A stretch of 63,080 nucleotides of DNA, the filler included, from Intoshia linei (taxonomy: Eukaryota > Animalia > Orthonectida), in NCBI GenBank assembly GCA_001642005.1. It is 7 parts of 7 records of this genome, joined end to end, with 100 filler letters (N's around TTAATTAATTAA, not from the genome) between each part and the next. Parts side by side here need not be neighbours in the genome. Positions count along the whole stretch, not along the records: positions 52,324 to 57,079 come from LWCA01001867.1; positions 57,180 to 61,800 come from LWCA01001900.1; positions 61,901 to 63,080 come from LWCA01002746.1; 4 more parts are not named here. One strand, written 5' to 3'. Positions 54,264-63,080 of the stretch are shown in pieces. Both the position numbers and the translations under genes were made by a program. Every line of letters starts with the position of its first letter. Positions within the stretch are counted from its first letter, which is position 1. The notes under the pieces were generated by a model that searched no databases, was not told where the DNA came from, and was given only the letters and a program-made list of their open reading frames with translations.

Positions 54264-55607
54264 ATGTCATCACATTGAAAATGATAAAATATGTTTTTAT
54301 AATTTTATTTTTTCTGGAATTTATGCTATTTATGACAATTTATAGGATTGGACTGTTTTTACTTTATTTTTAATATTATACACACATTCTGTCTAATAAA
54401 ATTGGACTGTTTTTACTTTATTTTTAATATTATACACACATTCTGTCTAATAAAATTAAAAAGTTTTAACTTTATTTTTAATATTATACACACATTCTGT
54501 CTAATAAATTAAAAAAATGGGATAATAATTGTTTATAAATTCTTTACGCAAATGTTTACAAAACAATAAAGGATTGATAACACTAGACAACACACAATTT
54601 TACTTAGAAAATATCAATATTAGAAAAGGTAGTATATTAAATTTAGAGCAGAATGATGTATCTCATTATATCAATTGAGATCGTCAAAGTTGCTTAATTA
54701 AGCAATTAAAAATTAACAATAAAACCATAGTTTCAATTGAATATTTTTTGAATAAATTCATATTCACTTTAAAATGCATACGTGATCTAATAAATATTAA
54801 TAAATTTTGTAATATATGTGGAAAATACATCATTAAATCCAAAAATAAATATGAAATAAAATTAATTAATTAATGGCATTCTCACTGGCCCGACATTAGA
54901 AAATTATTTAAGTCAGTGGAATTTGAACTCTCTAATATCCGGATTTTTGGGTAATACTCGTAATATTAATTATTCAAATTTAATTGATGCATTTATGGAA
55001 TCTTATCAAAAGATGGGATGCCTCTACAGTCCTAAAATGCATTTTTTACAATATTATATAAAGTTATTCCCTTCATATTGTGGTTCCTGGTCGGATGAAC
55101 ACTGAGAAATATTTCACCAGCAGCTGCATATATATAAAGACCGATATAATAAATTACGTCCTTTAAACATGATTTGCGAATATATTTGGAATATAAAATA
55201 TAAATTTAATTAATTTGTATTCTTTAAATTAATATTAATGTAATTAATCGATCTAACTTGATAATAACCTATACATGAAAATATGTGTATTTAACTCTAG
55301 TTTTACATGCATGTGATAATAAAAATAAGCAAAAATATAATATTTGTCTAATTAAAAAAACAATTATTTAATTAATTTTAAATTCAAATTTCTTCTTATT
55401 CACACTAAGTACACAAAGTTTAATAACATATAATTAATTTTTTTAAAAAACACATAAATTAAAAGCACAAAAATTGTCTAGTGTAATAGTTAATAGTAGA
55501 ATTTTTAAGTTATATTTTCAACGTGAATTTATTTTTTTGGTATAATAAAAGAGTGCCTTCGGCAGAGCTAGGTGCTGTTTGTACGTAGTACAAAACTGCC
55601 AAGCTAG
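54264..55607 (+). mobile_element. Helitron-like family copy carrying a nested Chapaev3 element
   Basis: Family body with a ~50-bp unit repeated about three times (54345-54510). Ends in hairpin + CTAG|T at 55604-55607. Confidence 0.7.
54581..55483 (+). mobile_element. CMC/Chapaev3-type transposon, deleted and decayed
   Basis: TIR cactagacaa / ttgtctagtg and 3-bp TSD TAA. Remnants FCNICGKY, TGPDIRKL and FLGN..MGC.YSPKMHFL..SDEH..FHQ. Confidence 0.8.
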
Positions 55608-55861
55608 TATGTGTATAATATTATAAATAAAGTAAAAACAGTCCAATCCTAAAAATTGTTATAAATAGCATAAATTCCCAGAAAAAATAAAAAAAATTAT
55701 AAAAACCTAATTTGTCATTTTTAATGTCATGACATATTCAGTATCAATTAAATAAATACTTAAAATACCAATTGTGTATAAATAATTAATTGAATCTTTA
55801 CTTTATAAATATTTCAGTCGAATTTTAACATTTCAAAGGATTATAATATAAAAATGATTGA

Positions 55862-57079
55862 TGTTAAAAATTTGTCCGTACTTTTGGCCTTTTTTCTTGT
55901 GAATGTTATTTTTCTTTTTACCATTTCATGTTAAATTTGTAACTGTAATAAAGACTATGAGTTGTATTAAACAAGACTAAGTAATTTAATATTAAGTTTA
56001 ATAAGTGATAATATATTCTGAAATTGATTATGAACTTGACTTTATTACACCTCCCTGCTAAGATCATAGTCTTTAAGGTGGGTAGGTATCCGTGTTTTCC
56101 TTTCAACTTGACGGGTTTTATAAAGGTTTTGTTCTTTAGAGAGAAGAGGATTATTTGGTTGATAATTATTGAAATGGTGAGAATTTACGCGAACTTTGCT
56201 ATCATAATTTTTTTTCATACGAGCAATGTACTTTTTTCTGTCAATTTTTGATTTTGAGAATAGCATTTCAACTGGAGAAGCATTATTCTTCGATGAAGCA
56301 CAAAAACGCATATTGGCTAAAACGCAGTCTAATTTTTCATCCCATTTTCCAAAATTTTCCTTACAGAGAATTCGTAATTTTTCACGCATAGTACGATTTC
56401 CTCGTTCCACCATACCTATTTCATTGTGTTTGTAAGGTCTAGAGAAGGTATGATTAATATTAAACTTTTTGTATAATTCATCCATTAATTTTAAATCAAA
56501 TTGACGAACTTGGTCAGTTTGCAAACGATTTGGTGGCCCATACCGTAAGATAATGTTGCGCTATATCGCCGTGCATATTGTATCAGCGCTAATTTCTGAA
56601 ACAGCTAAAAACTAAGTATAACCTGTAAAATGATCAACCATATTGATAACATACCTATTACCTGAGTCGCTACATGAGAATGATCCAACTATATCTATCT
56701 GCCATAACTCATTAAAAGATTGGGTGATGATTGGTTTAAGAAGCTTAATACGACTATGAGATTGATGTTTACTGACATTACACAATTCACATTTTTTTGT
56801 CACTTGCTGAATATTTTGAAGAAAATTGGTAATGAAATATTTCTGTTTTATTATAGTATACATTTTGTTGTTTCCAGGATGACAATATATAGGTGAAGTG
56901 TGATAATGTTTAATAAGTTCGGCTATCATGGCCTCAGGGACAATAGGAACTTTATGTGTTGAGGTTGGAGAATAAAAAACATAATCAGATTCAAGTTTAA
57001 GATATTGAAAAAAATATTGGAATCTATTAGATTTTTTTGGTATTTGAGATAATTTTAAGCATTGCATAATTTCAATAAT
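55862..57079 (-). mobile_element. Ty3/Gypsy retrotransposon 3' part: degenerate integrase, PPT and short 3' LTR
   Basis: HHCC zinc finger (H..HPG..CELC), WQIDIVG, TDQ..QF and ERGNRT, with internal stops. PPT agcagggagg is followed by a putative LTR TGTAA...TAACA (56049-55862). Confidence 0.85.
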
Positions 57080-57462
57080 NNNNNNNNNNNNNNNNNNNNN
57101 NNNNNNNNNNNNNNNNNNNNNNNTTAATTAATTAANNNNNNNNNNNNNNNNNNNNNNNNNNNNNNNNNNNNNNNNNNNNACATAATTAATACATTTTAAA
57201 TATTTATAAAAAAGTTCACAATAAATGTTTAAATTAAATTATGTAAATTTTTTTTGTCGACAATATGAAAAACAAATTTGAAATTTTTAATAATATTATT
57301 TCCAGCGCCCCCTAATTTTTGAAAACGCCCCCTGGGGGAGCTACCGCCCACGTTGAGTACCACTGCAATAATGTATACATTACATATGTACGACGTACAT
57401 TGTACGTTTTCATCTTTTTATAAAAATCGTTATAATAATTTATTAATTAAAACACTTTTTAG

Positions 57463-57741
57463 TATTATACCTCTACCAAATATCACAGAATGGCCGTCCG
57501 ATTCCATAATAAACTATGAATCGTTTATTGGCATTCAGGAATATGATTTATTTGCATGCATTCAATCAAACGATTCACATTTAATCAAATTTATCGAGGT
57601 TAAATGGCATATATTACCTTGGATTTTTATTTAATATTTATTATTTAGAAATTTTTGTTGTTCAAACCGAAAGACAGAATTTCTTGTAAGAATGCATTAC
57701 CTTATTTCAATTTAAAAAAAGAAAAGCCAAATGCGAAATAA
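57463..57741 (+). CDS. Last two exons of a CDK-like (CMGC) protein kinase
   Basis: Exons 57463-57598 (IIPLPNITEWP...LIKFIE) and 57649-57741 (KFLLFKPKDRISCKNALPYF...*) resemble kinase subdomains X-XI (LP...WP; F.P..RIS...AL..YF). The rest lies in or beyond the gap. Confidence 0.65.
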
Positions 57742-57930
57742 AACGTAAATGTATTATTGTAATATTAATAGCTCTAACATATTATGCAATGAAATGGACA
57801 GCAAATTTGAAATTAGCCTTACTTTTTTATCACGAATAGAGAAACGTTGATTAACCATTTAATTACCACCGTTAACTCAAAATGAAAATAATTTACAAAT
57901 ATATTTATTAAAAGTAAATGGAAATTAATA

Positions 57931-60900
57931 CTAATTTAAAGAGCACATGTCAAATAATTCGTCATCTTCATTCTTTACTGGCATACTGACTAAAATGGAA
58001 CATTAAAATTTTTATCTATATTTTCAAACAAACTTTTCAAATGGAAATAATATAAATTAAGTTATATCGTTGATCAATCATTAAAATTGATAAAACTCTA
58101 ATCTCAGTATTGTTTTTTAAAGGGTAGAAAAAATGAGAAAAACAAAGTAGATGGAGGTTATCAATTTTTATATAGAAAATTATAAACCATACTAAAAGGA
58201 GAATATAATACAAATTGTTCGTAATTAGTATGTATAATAATTAGTAGTTACCATATTGTGATATTTCATGTGTTACAAATTTTTGATTAAAATCAGTTGG
58301 TTTTGAATTAATGTTAAAATTTTCAATAAATTTCCTGAAATTATGCAATTATTTTTAAAAAAGATTAAATAGTTATCTTATCAATGATAACTTGTCACGT
58401 ATAATGTATTACAGTCGGACCTCGGATTGGAGCACCATTTTTTGAAAAGTACCCAAAAATCAGGGGTTTTAGTAAGTTATCTAATTTTTTATTGAATATT
58501 TAAACTATTGTAATATATTATGATATTGTATTTGTTTCTATTACAGTCTAACACGGTTTAGGGTGATATTTTCAGCTAAATACCTGAAAATCAAAATTTA
58601 ATAAAAATCTTAAATCAAAGTTATGAATATTTTTTTAATTATATACTTAATTTTTAGAAGTATAGTTACTTTCTAACCTAGAATAGTAATTAATAAGATA
58701 TCAGATATTAAAATATAGGCATAAATGAAACATTTATGAGTTATACTGATATATTTTATATTTAAAACATTGTTGCCCCAAAAGCGGGGTTAATTTCACA
58801 TATATTACTATGCCATCGATATAAATACTATAAAATCAACATAATTCTGTAAAAGTGCCCAAAAACCGAATATGCCCCAAAGTAGGTGGGACTGTATTAT
58901 AACATTATATTAATGTACACTACTTTATGATAATACTAAATAAAATGTATTATTAATTATTACGAAATAGTTCTTGTATTTTAAAAACACGCACATTTAG
59001 TGCTAATTTCCCAAAAAATTTCAAAAAAATGTGGCATCCTAATGATTATGATTTAAATTTTTGAAAGTTACTAAATTTAATTTGATATTAATTTTAAGTA
59101 ATACATTATCTTAAAAAATGTATACAAAAATTTTTGGGACCACCAAATAGAAAATTTGTTCCGTCAAATTTGGGTAAAAATTTTAAAATTCGCGTTAAAT
59201 TCATTGTTCACTGCGTTAATTGAGGAATTAACACATACAAAATACCGAGTTAATCGAGGGGGACCCGTATATAATTAATATTTATAAATAATTTTTATAT
59301 TAAGATTAACGATTTTATTGGCAAACCTTTTGTATAAAACCAAATCAATTTCATCTGAGGGTTGATTAATAATGGTTTCAAAGGGTTCTTTATCGATATT
59401 CAGCAAATTTTGTCCATTATATTCCAAAACAAAATCACCTAAAAATTACCAATAATAATTGATAATTATAATTACTGCTTGTGAAATTAATATTCACAAT
59501 TTTGGCATAAACATACTATAAATTTACCTTCTTCAATACCAAAAGATTGAAAATATTGTTTCAAATGTAATTTTTTTATATTTTTTTCGAAATTGACAAC
59601 GCCTACAGTTGAATCATTGAATGCCAATCCCCATTCAATAAACTTTTCTATTATAATTAATATGTACACCGTACATTGTACGATAAACGTGTTGAAGTGA
59701 AAATACCTGAAATGTACGGCAGCATTATTCGTTTTAAATGAACATTGGGCTTTTTAATCTAAATTTTTATTCAAATTTAAAATACATACATTCTACAAAT
59801 TCACCACAGTCGATATAAATGTAAAAAATAAAAATAAATATAATTTTTTCAAACTAAAAATACATTTTCATAAAAACCAATCGATTTTTCATCATTAACT
59901 GTTAAATTGGGATTGTCCAGCAAATTGTTATCATTATCGTACTTATAATCATTTCCAATTCTAGACATTCCATCATGATTAGTAAGATTAGATTTGATTG
60001 AATGAGTAGATGAAGATGAATTAAAATTCATCAGACAGGTTTTATTATTATCAATTTGTTTTTGGAAAATAGTTTGACTGTCCATTAAAAAGCTTTTATC
60101 TATAGCGTTATCAAAATAGTTTGGTTTAGAAAAATTTTGATTAAGCATTAAATCATGAGATGACTTGAAAAAATTGTCTCCAGATTCAAAAACATTCAAA
60201 TTATTGCTAATTTTACTTGAATTAAGATTAGACATATTAGAATCAATAGAATTTGTTAATGATGGTGATAAATTATATTCGTTATTATTATACATTTTCA
60301 TTTTTGATTCAATGCTATGCAAATATTCCAATTCCTCTAAATATAAGCGTTTGATGGCACATTTCATTTTAATTTCCTCATTTAAGCGTGTTTTGTATAA
60401 TTTTGTTTCGAGAGGAACATAATTTCCATAAACATTGTATAATCTTTTACTACTCAACATTTTCATTAAATTTAAAGCAATTTTTGTTTGTTCTTGTGAT
60501 TCTTGATACAACTTAGTGTTGCAAATCTGGCGACTTTCGAAATTAAAGTTTTTATCCTTTATTATTGGTTTAAGGGGTTCATTTCTCTTTTTATTTGCAC
60601 TTATTCTATGTTTAGCTAATATGGATGTCGTCAATTGTGGCAATGTTCGGTTTGTCTGATTATTCATCATGATCAATTTTTCTGTATCGTATGATGCCGT
60701 GTTTGTGAATATTTCTTCATTTTCCTCAATTTTAGTTTCACATTTTTTGTAATTTAAATTATTTATTAATTTTATAGTTTTAATAATGTTATTTTTCTCA
60801 TTTTCTGGTGTTTCAATTTTTTCAATAATTCCATTTAGATATGAATAATTTGTTTTTTCTTTATTACATTTCATCGGGTTATCTGTATAGTTAATTTTTT

Positions 60901-61081
60901 CTAGTTTTTTAGAGGCATGTAATTTTTCATTGTTTAGTGAACCCATTACTGATATGTCCTTTTCAAATGTCACATTTTTTTTCTTTTTATCGTTTTTTTC
61001 AGATTTTTCCAGTTTCACACTTTTTCTGGTCATTTCAATGTTTTTACTTTTTTTTGTATTTAGGTTCATTCGAGTTTCCAA
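57931..61081 (-). CDS. Large Asn/Lys-rich protein with a C-terminal PDZ domain (5' end uncertain)
   Basis: Phase-consistent exons ~61100-59864, 59758-59707, 59647-59528, 59438-59327, 58334-58252 and 57989-57931. PDZ-like segment WGLAF...GIEEGDFVLEYNGQNL...IINQPSDEIDLVL. Confidence 0.72.
58412..58894. mobile_element. pogo/Tigger-like MITE in an intron of the PDZ gene
   Basis: TA|cagtcggacct ... aggtgggactg|TA. A related end occurs at 39861-39965. Confidence 0.65.
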
Positions 61082-61439
61082 ATCTGTTTCATATATTAAA
61101 TCTATTCAAAAAAATTTTAAATTGAAAAGTTGCCAAAATGGAAAAAACGTGATGTGATTCACGTTAAATTAAAATTAATAAAATGTTATTTAATGATATT
61201 ACTAATGTAAAGTTATAAAAATATAATAAAGTTTCACTTCAATTCTAAAATTGACCAATTATATCATTCAAAATAATATTTACATTAAAAAAGGTGAAGT
61301 TTTGAATGTTTATTTATTAATTTAAAATGCATGCGTGCGAAATAAACGAAACATTGCTTTTTATGTGGTATATATTTGCGAAACATTAAAAAATGTTACT
61401 TTATGACTGATAAATGTAAAAATTTGATAATGCAAATAT

Positions 61440-61800
61440 CCAGTTTAATATAAGAGAATCAACTTTGGAATCCCTCAAATCTATGTCAAACGTGCCATTC
61501 GTCTTTAATGAGATTTAAAAAGAGATTTGTGACACCTAGAATATGGAAACATTCAGAAAGTGCGAATGACTGCTATTTCTGTATTTTGAAAATAAGAAAA
61601 CAATGCCTTAATAAATTAAGCCTTTACTCTTATCCGGCTACCAAAAGTTAAACTTTATCAATTCTAATGGAAGTATATAATTTAGTTTCATCATCCTAGT
61701 CATTATCATCTCAAGAAACAGTTGTTTTAATGTATACTGAGGAATATCCAAATCAACCAATTATTATTACAGAAAAAAAATTAAATTTATTAATATATTT
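61440..61800 (+). pseudogene. Decayed Chapaev3-like transposase fragment
   Basis: IWKHSESANDCYFC resembles the W.E...DCYFC motif. Many stops. Confidence 0.5.
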
Positions 61801-62419
61801 NNNNNNNNNNNNNNNNNNNNNNNNNNNNNNNNNNNNNNNNNNNNTTAATTAATTAANNNNNNNNNNNNNNNNNNNNNNNNNNNNNNNNNNNNNNNNNNNN
61901 AAGTTTATTTTTGCATGTGACTGCTTTGATTTATAATTAATTTAATTATTTTTTTAATAACGAAAAACAAATAGGTTTTGTTAATTTAAATAATTTTTAT
62001 TTAACGTTTTAAAAAAATCATAATGGAAAAACCGATTTGACAAACCTACAAAGAGAAAAATGAACTTATTTTATTTGCAGAGAATAATCAAAATTACAAA
62101 TAAATAGATTTAGCTAAAAAATATCATATATCTTTGATATCTTTTTTCTGATTCCTTAGTGTTGAGAAAGACCGACACTTAAAACAGTTCATACCATTTC
62201 AGAGAGGTTATCAGAGAGGTGAAGTAGAAGTATCTTGCCATTATTTTAATTTTAAAAAACGTGTCTTCAGTCACAAAAATACGATTATATTTTCAAAAGG
62301 GTAGACAATTTAGAAAATATACGCAAATGCCAGCACATGTAAAAAAAATCAATTACTAAAACGACCAAATGATGTCAAAATTAATGAGATATTGACTGTG
62401 AATGACTCGCAGCCAAATT

Positions 62420-62700
62420 CTAAGAAAGAAATGGCTAAATTTTTTTATAGATCTAGTATTTCATTTTACTCTGTTTAAAACAAATATTTTACTACTATGT
62501 GTAAAGCAGTATATAAAGCGGGACCTTCATTTAAACCACTACATTAGAATTTGTTAAGAACTACTATTTTTGATGGACAGTATAACCAAATAAAAAATAA
62601 GTTATAGAATCTTTAACGTTGCTTTGGATTATGGAGTCACATTAACAATGGATGGATAAAACAGGAATTCAATTCACAATTTTATCATTCTCACAACAGA
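62420..62700 (+). pseudogene. Decayed hAT transposase fragment
   Basis: MAKFFYRSSISFYSV*NKYFTTMCKAV..GPSFKP and GVTLTMDG-like remnants. Confidence 0.55.
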
Positions 62701-63080
62701 TAGTTTCACAGAAATTGCATGAAATATATGCTAAAACAGGATTTAATATTAATGGAAAACGAGAATTGAACATAAATTAAAAATTTTTTTTAATGATTAC
62801 AGAAGATAATCGTATAATCGTACCATTTTTTTAACAAAACTACCAAATATATTTGACTGTACAAATCAAATCAGATTAAATTTATTAAAGAACATTTAAA
62901 TTTTTTAGAAAAAAAAAATAAGGATTTGATATATAGCTAAAAAATTCAACGTTAATCATCTATATATTTGACCAAGATTTAAACGTGTTTATTAACAAAA
63001 TAAAATTCAACTGAAAAAAAAAAAAACGTATGAATCATATATATATCAAATAAGATCTGTTATAATATATTAGAAGATAT

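Noticed and set aside
16700-55607. Dispersed repeats considered as CRISPR or structured ncRNA
   Set aside because: Eukaryotic context, no regular repeat-spacer period, and Helitron-type termini explain them.
32691-61157. Overlapping alternative-frame or antisense ORFs (e.g. 32691, 44677, 44832, 48036, 53146, 56024, 60165, 60930)
   Set aside because: Shadows of real coding exons or transposon ORFs.

Overview
Very AT-rich, intron-containing animal genomic scaffold. It is not prokaryotic: genes have short GT-AG introns (often 35-50 nt), and six 100-nt assembly gaps each carry a TTAATTAATTAA linker. Gene content and intron size suggest a compact invertebrate genome, possibly a parasite such as an orthonectid (unverified). 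Recognisable spliced genes: a PLA2G15/LCAT-like lipase (partial, possibly damaged), an SPCA/ATP2C1 Ca2+/Mn2+ ATPase (3' half), an alpha1-adrenergic-like GPCR, APC11, eEFSec (5' exons missing), WDR47, the 3' end of a CDK-like kinase and a PDZ protein. They lie among many transposon relics (Tc1 IR/DR, pogo-like, hAT, piggyBac, Sola2-like, Chapaev3, a non-autonomous Helitron family, Ty3/Gypsy). The main discovery is in the apparently non-coding region 1.5-14.5 kb. A signal-peptide-like first exon is followed on the + strand by about 42 dispersed (Y)AG|NNN|GTA units, i.e. candidate 3-nt micro-exons, plus 15-, 12- and 6-nt exons. Joined in genomic order in phase 1 they give a stop-free, very hydrophobic peptide. 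This looks like a gene built almost one codon per exon, an extreme micro-exon gene. It needs RNA evidence.
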